In this document: positions 50,332 to 64,000 of the stretch, one piece after another | How positions within the stretch are numbered: the first letter of the stretch is position 1 | Layout of the letters: every line of letters starts with the position of its first letter | NCBI GenBank assembly: GCA_036172245.1 | Contig: JAYWIR010000089.1 | Location: forward strand, 124,001-188,000 | Source: Raillietiella orientalis | Taxonomy: Eukaryota | DNA: 64,000 bases | Reading direction: 5' to 3' | The notes under the pieces: model-generated | What the model was told of the DNA's origin: nothing | The model's input: the letters and a program-made list of their open reading frames with translations, nothing else | The model's database searches: none | Program-made: the position numbers and the translations under genes

Positions 50332-53300
50332 AACCTCCTTGCTGTCCTCACTGTATTTGCTTCCATTTTTAGTGCATTCGGTATGGGATTCGTGCCTTCG
50401 TATTTGCAAAAGAATCGCTTTTTCCCTTATGGTTTTGTTGGAAGCTGATATCTTTGCAGTGATGAAGTTCTCACACTGTTCAAATGGAAGTGGAGAGTCG
50501 CGACTAATGAGTTGAAACTGGCACATAGTTCTGAAAGGAAAACTAAGGAACGACTCTTGAAAAGAACTTAAGGAAACCGGATGCTGCCTGCGGAGATCAA
50601 CGGTGCATAACTGCGGAGATGAGTTCCTTCCAAAATCGTGGAAAACGCTGGAGCCTGGCGCGTGAGAAGAACTTTACCTCTTCCGGCAAGTCAAAGTTAG
50701 ATTCCTTCCAAAGAAGGAGTTCTCACTCCAATGTGGCTACGAAAGCTCATTGCTACGGATAACCGCGCAAGCCATGTACGTTGACAGGCTGCCGACTGAC
50801 TGGATGACGAAAAGAGGAGCATCAGGGATACGTCCGCAGTCCTGCGCTGTTCGTTCATGAAGTATGGTATCCAAATCGTTCCTCTTCAGCACATGGACGA
50901 ACGTAGAAAGACCGATTGCACCCTGAGATAACGGAAGCACGGCACTATTCGAGCGAATATTGAACGTCTCACACACGGTGTAAGAAACGAAGATCCGGAA
51001 GCCCTTTCGGATGGGTTTGCTTTGTACACCAGATTTGAGTACACAGATTCCAAGTCTTTGTGGAACACTGTCGCTAATCTTGTTCAGAAATTGACATCGA
51101 AAGTCGTCAATTAATCTTTCGAACGCATCAGTGTTCCGCCTGGAACCATGTAAAGGAGGACGTGCATTTTCGCGCTGTCGATCTTCGAAAGAGACGCTCT
51201 ACACCCAATTCTAGTACGGAAATGTTCAGCTTCCCACCGTGCTTCCAACTTCAAAATGAAATCTTCCTTTCTTATTTAATCAAAATATGTCGTTCTCAAG
51301 AACGTGCGGAAACCTTTGCGATTCCAACATGGTATCCGGAGGCACCAGCTGTCAGGGCTCATCTTGCGTGAAGCGGCATTGGTTGCCACGGTAACAACGG
51401 CAGTGGTCTTCAGCCAAAGTATCCGCTGTTTGAGTGGACACATCGAGGGTTTGCAAGTAGAAAAACATCCATTGATGTCTTCATTATGCTGAAGACGAAT
51501 GATGCCAATGCATACGCTGCTTGCAAGTAGAATCCTGAGTAATTTGCGAGAATGTTACAACGAGAAGTTGGTCATTTGACTTCTTTCGCAAACTCTATTT
51601 TTTTTTTCCCTTGCGAAGATTTCTGTGGATTATTTTCTTGCGGAAAATGCCTTTTCAAACAAGCTTCTACGGACTTACACTTCCATTCAACTGAGAAAGA
51701 TCGATTTTCATTTGAAATGGCTCGACACTTTATTTACTAAATACATTCAACGTTGATGGTTCCAATGAAATTAAGTGACAAACGCCAGAGAAGTGGGAAA
51801 TCTCATCTCGGACTATTTTTGAACCGTCTGGTTATTTACAGGGAGGTTTTCAATTTGAAGTGAGCGCTTCGTCGTTCTGAGATCATGAGCAGGCGGTCTT
51901 GCAGTTTGTGCAAAGGAAGCGAAAGCCCAGAGATCTGAGGAAAAAGTTGCTCGTTTGTTAACTTGCTTGTGGCCTGGGAGGCTGTTGGATGATATCAAAA
52001 TTTTCCTTACCTTTGCTATCTAACAAACCAGGAAGGGAAAAATCAAGTTCTTCTATACGGTCAAGGTACCATTCAATGTGGTCGACATCCCTCTGGGGGC
52101 ACAGTAAGGATGCGTGCTTATCAGCTCTAGCGCAGAGGTACGAATGTCCTTATAGTCAATGAAATTAGAAAACGCCCAATTTCTTTGTTCGTGAATTGCC
52201 AACCATCAATGTATTTCTTCCCGATTACGCGTCCATTATTCCATTTTCCTTATGCTATGAAGGCACTCCTACAAACGCATGTCCGAAGTATCCACCCAAC
52301 TCCTTCGAGATCTTCATCACAGCATTTCATTGGCGTCACACCGGGAGTCGCGAATCTGTTCTTCATGTCATCTTGGAGAGATCAGCTGTACTGACCTCTC
52401 TTTCAAAGTATGAACCGACCTTCCTCTTGCGAAAACACATGAGAAAAAGGAAATTCAGCTTATGTCCAGTTATTTGGATCGATATGAAACGCCCGTCATG
52501 CCATAAAGTCAGCAGACATTTGTGCCAATGCCCACCCTTTCAATAAAACCAAAGAACAAGAGGTTAATAGCTTCATTTTAGCAAACATGTGAAACAAATT
52601 GAGCACTTTGTTTCCATCATTTTGATTCGGTAACTTCTTGAAATTCCAGCCAGCAATCGGTGTTTTCTGGAAACGTGCAATTTGCAACGAATGGAGTCTG
52701 CAGTATCAGTTTTTCATTTTCTTGGCCAGGGAGTCTGAAACATAGCTGCAGTCAAAATCGGCGGCAATGCAATTCAGAATTGGAGACGCATCTCCTTATG
52801 TGGATCCTATTGGGCATAGAAAACGGCTCCTCCGATTCAGAGATTTGAATTTTCAAAAAACTGTTACTCGATATTTACTTATTGAAACGTTTTCATACGT
52901 TCCACTGCACGCTTGATAGCGCAGCTTTAGAGTGCTAATCTCAGCCGTCGGTCTCAAACGAGAAAAGACTTTCGTGCATCTTGAATGCTTCTTTGACGCT
53001 AGCTGCTCGAATGCTGCAGCAAGACGCTACTTTACCTGGGATCAGGGTGGAATTCGCAGCCACAAGTCTTCTCACCCCCTGAAATGTCTACAAGCACAGA
53101 TTCATCAGAGTTTCCCGCAGACTAAGAAAATCATTTTAAAACTTCCAGAGTGCAGTAGGAACTTACTTCCACGCGTACCGAACAAGGTGTTTCATGTGGT
53201 GGTGGCAATTCATTTGGTCCCCATCCTTGCTTGCAGATTGGATGTATGTCTTGACTCACGTCGTTGGCAGTCTCAAAAACGAACGAACATTCTCCTAGGA

Positions 53301-55422
53301 TATTTTGAAACTCAAGGGCGAATTCCGTAGAACGGAGTGAAAAGAACTCCAGAGCTCCCAGGTTGCTTTCGATGAAAAAAGCTACCACCAGCAGCAGCCT
53401 CTGAAACTTGAAATTTTTAAAGCAGCACAACATTTACGATGCGTGGAAACCTAGCACGAATGACCAACGGAAACTGCAAATGTCAATCATAGTCTTTCCT
53501 ATGACTCACAGACGGAGGAATAGTTGGCCGATGGTGCTGCGATAAAAGAACAAAACCATTCCACATAAGACGATTGGTTCCTTCTTTCAGAATTCGAAAC
53601 TCCCTACGCAATATTGTCGGAATGCTTGCGTTCTCCCGGAGGCTATTCTGTTCAGCAATGCCATTACATGTCCGATCCACACGTCTCGTACCTCAACCCT
53701 CTGCCACTCACTTCGTATTACAGGGAAAGTATATCCTAGCGCCATCTCAATACACTTGCCATCGTATGATCAGAAAACGAGGAAGCGTTTCTTTATGAAA
53801 CTGCACTTCCAAGTTATGCACGTAAACAGAAATTAGCACAGAACTCGCCGCATAGGGGACTCTACGCTGTACGTTTTTCGCGGACTAATGTACAGATAAG
53901 GAAAACGGTATTTCCATGAGCGGAAGTGGCCAGTTGCAAGGAAATGAGCAAATCGGAGCGACGATCCGCTGACTGCAGAGTTATTCTAAAACTCAATTTG
54001 CTGACCGTTCTCCGCCTCGAGTTGATTGCGACTAAGCAAAGCCGTCACTCGACACCATTCGGGTGCATCTCCAAAGCAACCGTTGGGCTTTCTCTTACAG
54101 CTTGCTTGGCTGACGCTTGAGAGGCGGCAAAAATTCTCACCATACTCATCCTTGGAATTGTCATCGCTTGCAGGTTCTCCTTTATTCCTGTTTGCTATTC
54201 ACTGGAGTCTTCGCCACACCAGGAAACGTTACCTCAACTGCGAAAGCGGAACGTACCTGCATCAAAAGTTATCCAGAGTTGCTGGTTTTACAAATGCTGC
54301 AAGAAGCGCAGGCAGCAGACCATAAATGCAGATACCACGAGATGCTTGCGTCACTTGTATGGGAGTCTTCGAAAGCACAACATGCGTGATTTTCGTAGAT
54401 GCGAAGCACATGTTCCCTGTCACGTGCGCTGAGCACGAAGGAATGCTTCAAAATTGATTTTCATTTGCATTAACATATTCACTTGTTGGAAGGCGCTGTT
54501 GGTTTTTCGCCCTACTGTGCACATGCTGTGCTAATTTGCTGGAAAAAGGGGTCCATTGGAGCTTGTTGTTGTTTCAAGAGCCGAACAGATAATAATAATT
54601 GCTTTCCCGATCTAAAAATCAAAGTTGATCAGCTATGGCTGCTGCGAATGCTCTCAGCTGAATTTGCCGGAATAATCTTTTTGAATTCTTTCAGCAATTG
54701 AGGGGCAATTTTTTCAGGTGCTGAGCAGAGATGCAGCTCCTTCATGCGGTCGCGAATTCTTTAATCGGTTTACTTTCTTGTTCATAGAACAGCAGGTCTG
54801 TTCTTGAGACTTCCTGAAGCACACGATCAATGAGTAGAGAAGCAAATTCCGGAAACTGATGGATTCCAACAGGAATGCCGTGCACTCACGTATCAAAAAC
54901 GTGTGTATGGGGTTATGATTCCAGAAACGAACAGACCTCCCGAATCACTTCAGCAAGGATGTCTTTTTCGTAGTTACCAGTGACCACTTTCTAAAACCTT
55001 AAACTCTTATGAAATCAGGATACAAATTTCGACCAATCAACGGAGTTAATCATTAAAATGCCTCTGCAAATTCCTTCGCAACGACGGAAAGCACGGCATA
55101 TGTGTTGCACGGCATATGTTTTAGAAGAACGAATGAACTACCTCCACTTTGGCAAACATCAAAAAATGGTAATAATTGCGTTGCAGAAGACTGTATCGCA
55201 CAGGCGAGATCTTCCAGAGGCAATCTTTAAACACATTGTCGGTTAGCGAATGGCTTCTGTAAAGATCTTGGAAGTCAGATTGCTCCGGGCAGCGACGCTG
55301 CCACGATTCCAAGATGCCTGCATAGCACCGCAAATGGCACCGCAACGGCCAATGCATCAAGAGCAATGTAGCGTTAGCGACTGTATTTGGCACAGCAAAG
55401 TGGAGTTTCCATGAAAGGCAAG
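50332..55422 (-). pseudogene. Mirror copy of the possible decayed large gene
   Basis: Mirror of 7560-12650. Confidence 0.3.
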
Positions 55423-55685
55423 GGGACAACTCGCAAGGAGGCAGAAGGAATAGCACTTTGGTAGGTGCGAGAAAGTCGTTTTGTTGTTCTACCTATCAGA
55501 ATGGACATCCGAAGAACCCAGCGTGGTCCGGCGAAGCCGTATCCTGCATGGAATTCGCCACTGCAGCACTTGCGACTTCTGCAGCTGACATTCGAAGGGA
55601 GAGATGCCACTGTCCCTCCCGCAGGGCAATTGCGAGAACTGCCCTCCAGGGTAACTACGTTGGAGTTCTCACCCGGTCACGCCGG

Positions 55686-58600
55686 GGCGTTTATTCCTAA
55701 ACACTTTGCTTTCGCGGTACTAGGCCCCGCTGCGGCCAATAGTTCTTTGGACCTGCCGGGAAGCCGGCTGGCAGGCCGGCTTGACTCTCCTCGGCAGCGG
55801 AGGGGGTACAGGGTAAAAACGAAAAGAAAAATAGAAGAAATAAACGAAAAGAAACTATTTGGAGGGCCGGGAAGGGATCCCAGCCCGAGGGAGGAAGAGA
55901 CCATCCTTTCGAGGATGCCCTCGAGGTCCCTCTTCATTGTTCCCAGATGGGACCAGCCGATCGCGATTCGCAGGTGTCGACCAGCGTGTACGATGGGATC
56001 CCTGTCGCTGCTTCCTCTGTTGGCTGCGCTCCACGCGGCCACAATCCCTCGGAAGCAGCAAAGTGCAGCCAGGGCTGAGGCTGCTGTCAAGGCGTGTCGC
56101 ACGAAGAGGAGTCGCATAACGTCTCTGGGGGTGCTGCCTACCGGCATTGAAAGGTTCGTAGCAAAACGTTCCCACAAGGGCCGGAGGGAAGTGCAGTCCA
56201 CTAACAGATGGGGGAGGGATTCCTTTTCCCCGCACACTGCACAGTTCTGTTCAACATTCCCCCACGTCCAGTGGTGGCGGCGCGCGTTGCAGGGAAGACC
56301 TCAGTGCAACAACAACAGCGCCGTTTCCTGCCACTTTAGGGGGAGGATTGATGAATCAATGAATGACGGGGGCCACTCTAGGTCATCCGTCGGGATGCCA
56401 AGCAGCTCGCCCCATCTCCGTAGTCCATGCGGGTGAACTCTTGGGGTCGCGGCGTCAGCCAGTTCCCTCATGGTCCACCCATGGTCCATCCTTCTCTTTG
56501 CGCGCTATCCGGCAGGAGACTTGCCATCTCGGCTTCCGAATATTTTGGAGCGCCCTCCGTAGGAGGGGTAGCGCCGTGGCCATTGGGGTCGTCTCCGCCC
56601 ATTCGTTGGAGTGGCGCACCCGCATTCGCGGAGCAGTTTCCTGCTTTTCTTAACATTGCTATCTTGCGTCGTTAAAAGCTGATCGCTCTTGGGTACTGGT
56701 CTGGAGATGAGGCAGTGAGCACAGGGCTGAACGAAACCGACAGTAGCATTTTGAGATTCCCCGTATCTCTCTCCACCGCTGACGATCGTTCTTGGTTTTC
56801 CACTAGGATATTTCTCTGGAAAATTTGAAAAGGTCGAAATTCTAAAATCAACTCCCCGTATACATTTAGTGTCATAACACGCGGTTCCGCCTTTCTTGGA
56901 GCAATTTTCTCTACCGATCCAAAGTCCGGTGAGATTTTCTATCCACGAGCATGAAATGGGAAAACCACAAACAAAGAAGCAAACAAATAAGAAACAGAAG
57001 GAAAGGCAATGTTTTCTGGGAAGGAGAGGGATGGGAAGCAATCACTGCTAATCGCGCATGGTCCTCTACAACCAGCTGTAATGCGGACAAATGCAGGTCT
57101 TAGGATTCGAAGTCACCGTTATTGGAAAGTCTTCCCCATCGAGATGGCTATCCAGTGAATAGTGTTCCGGCTGCTGCGGCCCCTCCTGGACACAGTCCCG
57201 TTGTCCAGAATTCCTTGTTTTCGGCAACCAACTGCAGCACACGCGGCTGATGGACGGGAGTGCTCCATGTGGGAGCATAGAAAAATGTTTCTCTAGTCGC
57301 CCAATTGAATGTTTAAAATCAACGATCTTCGAATCCAAATGAGGCGGAGGGTGACGAACTCGTTGCTTAGGTGGGGGAAGGATTGGCTCTTCCTGCATCC
57401 CGCACAATAAACATGCACGCCACCCAGTGTCCAGTGGGAGAGGCGTGCTGCTCAAAGGAGTGCCCACTGCAACATATGCAGAGCCTTCTTCTGACAAACC
57501 AAGAGGAGAGTGCCAACTGCCCATAGCCCTGAGAGCTGCTTCAATCTTTCGGAGTTATGGCGAGCAGGTCGTCCAAACTCAATCGGGATTCTCGACCGCC
57601 TTCAGGGCCTTCCAGCTCTGCTGCTCCTGCCATGCGTAAATTCACGTTATTTCCACACGAAAAAGCGTGTACGGCGTGCCGCTCAGAGCGGAATCAGGCA
57701 GGCGATTGCCTAAGTCCCCTGCTGTTTAGCATTTTCAACTGGTGTCGAGCGCGTACAGAGAGGTTCTGGCTACATGGCCGAGATCGTGCCCCGGTACGAC
57801 GGATGTGTCTGCGCATCCTGACCATCAACTGTTTCCGCTGTCCATGTCCGATCCAAGCTCCGCAGTCGAGAAATGTTTCGACTTGCTGAACGGCACGACA
57901 GTATCGCGGGTTAAGAAGGTGATGTCGCAAATGGTAGCCGTTGGAGTAACGTCGCCAGGTCGACCTGGCTAGATCCGCCTGGACATCCCCACGGGGGTGT
58001 ACATGAAGTACCTTGGGGTTCCTATCGGAGATTTCCTCTCGTCGGAGGCCTGGTCAGTCGTTCCCAGAAAGTGGTGTTAACTATCGGCTCGTTCCTCGAA
58101 AGGTTGTTTCACTTCCCGGAACGGGCCGAGGTGTGGAACGCGTGTGAGACACTCCTCCTTCATCCCATGCTTTTCGTTTGTCTCGTCCTGGTAGAGATTA
58201 AAAAGAGGAAAAAGAACCTCCGGCGATTTGCATCTTCTGTGCAAAGTGATGGCTTCGAGTCTCCTTAAAGTACTTGTGTGCCCCGATCCAAGATGGCGGT
58301 TTTAGCCTCCTAATGCTGCAGTGGATGGAAATTTACCTGCGATGGAGAACCATGGCCATCGCAGCGAAGTGTTGGAGCACCTCTTGGTGCGCCCCAAACG
58401 GACACCTCCCCAGCCGTTTATCCCGCACTCGAGGTCTTGCATCTCATCTTTTATGTCGCGACAAGAAGATAAGAAGTTGCCGCCTTCTCTTTGAACGCAT
58501 AGGCACCTTGACTAAGGAGACAGGGTGGATGGTATGCAGCCTCGATGACACCAGCGCATGGCCGCAAGAAACTTTTGCCACGAGGGTGACCATAAATGAA

Positions 58601-59201
58601 AAGAACCACGTGACGTGCAATCGCCTGCCTTTCGAACCTCACGCCCGCTTCCCTCTGCTGGAGATACTAGAGTGTCCGGCCCGAAGCACGAGGGCAGAGA
58701 AGAGCTCTCAAGCTGCGGCGCTGCCCTTTCATAATAGAGGACTTATTTGCAGCCGCAGGGGAAGTTCGCAAGTCTCCTCTCTCGTCGCAGGCAGAAATAA
58801 GATTGTGAGCGGTCATACAACGGGACAGCTGGCACACGCCAGGACCCTGTCCTTCCTTCCGCAAAGACTTCTGAAATAAGGCGAGCTGCTAGGCATCTTC
58901 GCGGATGACCTGATGTGGCCTCCGGTGTTGAGACACTCATCGAACTGTACTGTTGTTGTTTCACTGGGGCTTTCCCTACAACGCACGCCACCTCCTCTGG
59001 ACGCAGGAGACGGTGAGACCGAACAGTGCAGTGTGCGGGGAAAAGGAATCCCTGCTCCACCTTCTAGTGGACTGCTCTGCACTCCAGCCTTTGTGGGAGG
59101 TTTCTGCGTCGACCCTTCGGATGCCGGTCTGCAGTATCTACAGAGACGTTATGAGATTACTTTGGGACTGGTAAGGCGAAACGCATTGGATGATGTATAC
59201 C
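55686..59201. mobile_element. Mirror copies of LINE remnants 3780-7295
   Basis: Mirror ORFs with coordinate sum 62981. Confidence 0.8.
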
Positions 59202-60910
59202 TACCGGAACGGTTAGACGCGCGCATGTGGAATCCCGAAGTTATGTTATTCGTAATTTCGTAGAGGGTGTCCTGTGCACATTACCAAGTGTCATTCGATG
59301 TCGATTGTGTAAGAAGAGCCGTGATGATCGGAGTGTAAGAACTAAGGACGAAGTGTGTACGCGTGTGTAGTATCTATAGGGTGTGTGCCACTTCCTATTA
59401 GGTTGCATCGAGAGTTTGTGTTGTGCACACAACGTGAAAACTAAAAACGTATCTTCGTTTTAAAGAAATATTTTAACAGATTGCTCCGGAGATGTTCTCA
59501 CATCGCATGGCGGAGGCGTTAGAGGAGGCTGTCAGTGGACGTCGCTCGAGGTGATGAATGAGGCTATTTGCGAAGATTGGGAAAGTTTGCGTTATCTAAG
59601 GATTTCAGTGGGATATCGTTCCTCGGATGTTCAAAATACGCTGAATGACTTGAGCCTGCTTCCTCTTCAAGAAGTACAAACTCGGATAGTTTCTGAAACT
59701 ATGAAGTGCCATGCACGACTTGATTATGCTTCACGGGGAAACGTTGGAAGTAAGATCTAGAGGAATCTCACTTACTGGGAAATTTTCACTTTTTCAGAGG
59801 AGGGCGGAAGTTTCAATGTTGGAGTGGATTGAGGGACCTTATGGGAAGCAGGAGAATATTTCAGAAGGCCTGCAGTCAAGTTGCATTCATTACAAGAGTG
59901 AAAAGTAATTTCAAAGGTTGCTACATGGCTGAGTGAGCTATGGCGCTTCAGGGTTCTGAAGAGATTGTAGCTTATTTCAGCTGAGGATGGAAACGTGCAT
60001 CCTTCAATCGCACTTGAGCATGTTCGTGGGTGGAAACCACATTGGTATAGACATCAGTCGGAGTCTAGCAAAGTATGCTTCGAATGCTCTTTCAAACTTT
60101 CCATACTGAACGTGTCATCAGACACACAAACGTATATCGGATAACAAGTAATTCGAGGACCTTAATAATTACTGCGAAATTTTTAGTATTACACACGCGA
60201 TCGAGGGCGTTCTCGACATGGTTAAAAAAGTTTTCCGATTACGAGAGAGCGCATCAATTCTCCTGTATACACTAACAGTGTATAAGCGCATTACAGACAC
60301 GGATTCACGTGCTTAGCGAGCTGTGCAGACCTCGTAAGAACATGTCACATCGACGATCCACGAACTTGGAAAATTTGCACAAATGCACTGATATGGCAAC
60401 CATTGTGGGTAATTGTTCGTGTGGCACAGAATCTTTTGTTTTGGCAACCATCAGACATTGAAAAATGTGCAAAAAACAAAGGCAATTGGATGTGGGGAGG
60501 ATCTTGATGGGAGCAGGCAGGAACTCTGACCGTGGCCAACCAAAAGTTCTCGAGTTAAATAATAGAAGTTGTTATCGACCAGAGGACAATCCGTATATTG
60601 GCAACATTACCTAACGTGCCACACTAATTTTCCACATGGAACTAGAGGGCGTCTAAAGCATTGGGAACCGGCAAAAAAATCACAAGTGGTCAAAGAAAAT
60701 TTTTCCATACCATTTCGAATTGTACACTCCGGAGATACGCTCAAACACGTCCTGATGTATGGGCTGACGCCGGCCAGCCTTCGCAGCTCTTGTACAATTA
60801 CTCTGTCTACAGCGGTTCATTTCGAAGGACTGCTTATTCTTCAACACCACCTTCCACCCTGCCTCCAGTCTGGAGGATTCCTTGCAGCCGAACCGTCGAA
60901 TGGCTAGCGT

Positions 60911-62601
60911 GGGCGTAAATAGGAGGAAGAGTGCGGTGGTTTCTAACGGTGCGGAGTAGGATGGGCAGTCCCACTGGTTCCGTCAGGGCATTTCGTCCAC
61001 AGTTGGTTGTAATACACTTACGCTGTGCCTGATGACATTATTCCAATGCAAGTGTGATGAGACTTCCTTCGAAAGTCAGCAGGTGTCTCGGACCCAGTCC
61101 AAGCTGGCGGTTTGCCCTGTCCAAGCATGCCTCTGTTTCGAACTTCTTTATAGCCCTTTCTTCACTCTGCTCGTTTTGCTTGCTCGCCTTCAAACTATGT
61201 CAAAGTCCAAGCAGTTCTCCTGTTGGGTAAAGCTACGTGAGGATCAGCGACAATCCACCTCAAGAAATTCGGGTCTTCGCGTTGGGATACCAGTTCCATG
61301 ATCGCAACATTCAAGTGGGACCTTGTGCATGCTCCGTTCTGCACTTTGTGCTGAACTTTGGACGAGAGCCTGGTGCTCCCGTGCGCCTTGTACTGCGGTG
61401 CAGCACCGGAACCGACGGACTTTTTTCATTACTTCCACACGCCGAAAGCGCCACGAGTAATTTTTGATTTCCTTTGAGGCTACTCTACGGACACGTGTGA
61501 GCTCACATTTGGATCTCCTGCTGCTCTACCTACTTCAACGCCTGGCGGCAGGAAGCCTTATATTCCTGGACAACGCTTCATATCCTGTCTCTGATCGATA
61601 GGAGTCACATGTACCATCTCCTTGATCCTACATTGGATGATTGGATGCGAAGCCAGTCGACCTATCGAGCGGCCACGTTCCTCTTCGCTGCGTTGTCTTT
61701 CCGAAGGGCAAGAAAGGATTGTAGCCTACCGGCAAGGTGGAAGGTTGCGTGCGCGATTGCAGGCGCAACCATACTCAAATGCTGCTGGGGGACGAGGGAG
61801 CCTGCAGACGGCGCCACGCTTGTCAATATTGCTAGAGGTCCGCTTCGGGGAATTCCTTTGTGTTGCTGGGGAAGAACTTGCGGTCTCAACTTCGTTCGCG
61901 ATCACTTTAGTGCCCATCTTGCATAGGACACAGGACCTGCTCTTGCTAGTGTGCTGGAGCTTCCATCTCAAGTGCCGAAACAACCTGTCTGGCGAAATTC
62001 CTTCTGCGAATTGTGGACGGCACGGAAAAGCTGAAAACCACCCGCAGCGATCTTGGACTGCGGTGTCCTACAAGGACTGTGGCGGAAGGTGAATGCAACG
62101 CTCTTTCACCAAAGGAACACCGCAAGGATATTAATGCTCTTCTTTTTCGCGTCAGGCGGCGTATCGTTAGGTGCAGTGATCGCAACGATCTCTTGCATGC
62201 TCACCATCCTCACCTGCTGCTGTCGGATGGAATCGTAGGCAGTTTAGCAAAAGGCCAACAGCTCAGACGACGAGAACATGACGATATCTGCCAGGTGGCT
62301 TCTTCTTCGAGAGGACGTTTGCATGCAGATATCCGACTTCCAACGTCCGTTTAGAACAAAGAAATGTCCTATGGCAAGGTTCCCTGTTCGCAACACCCCA
62401 ATTCTTTTATTTCTATTTTTCATATACTCATTTGCTATCCCTTCCTGCCCGTTTTGCACTTTCAGTTTTTTCGATCTTCATATTAAGTCTCCCTTCTTTC
62501 GTTCTTTGGTACCCTCCGCAGGGAGCTCCTTTTGTGGGATAGTTTTCGAATATACGCTTCTGCACACCCGGCTGGAAAACAGCCGGAACCTCATTCACTG
62601 C
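60911..62601 (+). mobile_element. Mirror copy of LINE remnant 380-2070
   Basis: Mirror ORFs with coordinate sum 62981. Confidence 0.75.
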
Positions 62602-64000
62602 TCTGCAATCAACATGAGGAACGCATTCCGATGGCGCCGTTAAGGGACCTTTTGATCAGCACTTGTGCGCATTCAGAATCGCATGCAGAAAACTAATCGA
62701 GGCGAACGGTGGTCGCTTTCCTTCCGTCCATTCCGACAAAAACGTCTCCCTCCCTTCTTGTCTTTCTTTAATTTCTTCTTGGTAGGGAAGAGGATTTACC
62801 CTTCCTCATCGCCAAGAGCAGGGATTTCACCGATCTGCGGGCCGGCAGTGGAAAATGCTTCCAAACAGCCGCAACCACGTGTTGCGCCTGAACATACTTG
62901 GAAGGGTATGTTATAAAATTTGTATCCTGAAGATTTGAATGATAAATGACGCTGCGCATCCGCGTTTCATACTTCGAAGCGCAAATTTTTAATTTCCAGA
63001 TTCATCGGACAGGAAAATCAATTAGGTGATGTTGGTTTGCGGCAATCTTCTTCTGCAGCAGAGTTTTTTGAGTAATGGTAATCGTTGTCATGAAGCTCTT
63101 TTCAAGCAGCAACGGAGGAATCTGCGCTAATTTTGCGTTTCTGCACCGCTACTAACATGTGGAAACCAAGGGAATGTTTCCCAGGACTACGTGCCGGTGT
63201 TCATTTATATACTTCCGATAAGCGCGGTCTGCAGAATACTTGGTGAAGCAACACTTGGAAGCTGCGTGGGTTGCGATCGTGGAGCACGTCAACCTTTTCT
63301 TAGAATTGGACTTTATACGCCACAATAGCACGATGTTCTGAAATCTTGGCACCCCTGGCTTCTTCGATTATGCCATTCCTGAATTAGAAGTACGCAATAA
63401 TGACTTTCCAGATGATCTCAATTGATGAGCTGTATGGATCCCAAGTCCTCAATCACTCTTACATTGGTTCTCGTTGTCTTCCCCTCAGTCGTTTATCTTA
63501 CTTGGTTTTCCCATAAACAGTAACTAATGTAGAAGTTTGGAAATAAGGAGGCATTGCGGATGTGGGCGCAACATTAGGACTTACTCGAAACTTTCCTTTC
63601 CGCATTCATGTTCTTCCTTTTTTGCCTGATTTCCAAATGCTGTTTCGCTTATATCTGATTGAGATTTCAGAATATCTCTCTCTCATTTGTAAAGTCGGAA
63701 GAGCTCACGCTGCTTGCCAGGCAGGAACGTAACTCCAAAAGTGCAAGGCGTACGATGTTACAAGCGCCAAATTAAACAGATGCCGAGTTCTCGCGAATGT
63801 GGTTAACTCCCGTTTCTTCGTAACAGATGGAAAGAGAATGTTTTCGGGGAGTTCTCTGAGAATAAATCTTCCACACTAAGCAACTACACAATCAAAAATG
63901 TGGTTGGCATCTGCCGAAATCACGCATGTTTTGATTTTGGAATCTCCAATGGAAGTAAATCAACCATTTCGAGATGCATGCATCTGTGGTTAGTTGCTTG

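Larger units (their letters stand above)
36503..62980. repeat. Right arm of giant inverted repeat
   Basis: cgatcgtctcgatctcc at 36503 is the reverse complement of the left-arm end. The mirror ORF set continues to 62959. Confidence 0.98.

Noticed and set aside
55465..56436. 323-aa ORF and the many other antisense or off-frame ORFs in the track
   Set aside because: Antisense to GC-rich LINE coding remnants, no domain motifs, and length differs between arms because of a 1-bp indel.
1..62980. Arms as terminal inverted repeats of a giant DNA transposon, Polinton or virus
   Set aside because: No transposase, integrase, DNA polymerase or capsid motifs in the spacer, and a LINE runs continuously across the left inner boundary.

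Overview
Eukaryotic (probably animal) repeat-rich DNA with no intact host gene that I can recognise. The dominant structure is a giant palindrome. Bases 1-26480 are the near-perfect reverse complement of 36503-62980, around a unique 10,022-bp spacer (26481-36502), and the left arm runs off the window edge, so the arms may be longer. Arms and spacer are mostly a mosaic of decayed non-LTR retrotransposons in both orientations. These include many fragments of L1/Tx1-like LINEs (zinc-knuckle ORF1; APE endonuclease-RT-zf-RVT ORF2), one nearly full-length copy crossing the left arm/spacer junction, and one RLE-type (R2/NeSL/Utopia-like) element with duplicated N-terminal zinc fingers whose broken endonuclease is fused in frame to a LINE ORF1. 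A ~5-kb non-TE stretch may be a decayed large host gene. Whether the palindrome is biological or a fold-back/amplification assembly artefact cannot be decided from sequence alone. Element boundaries are approximate, and family assignments come from motif recognition, not database searches.
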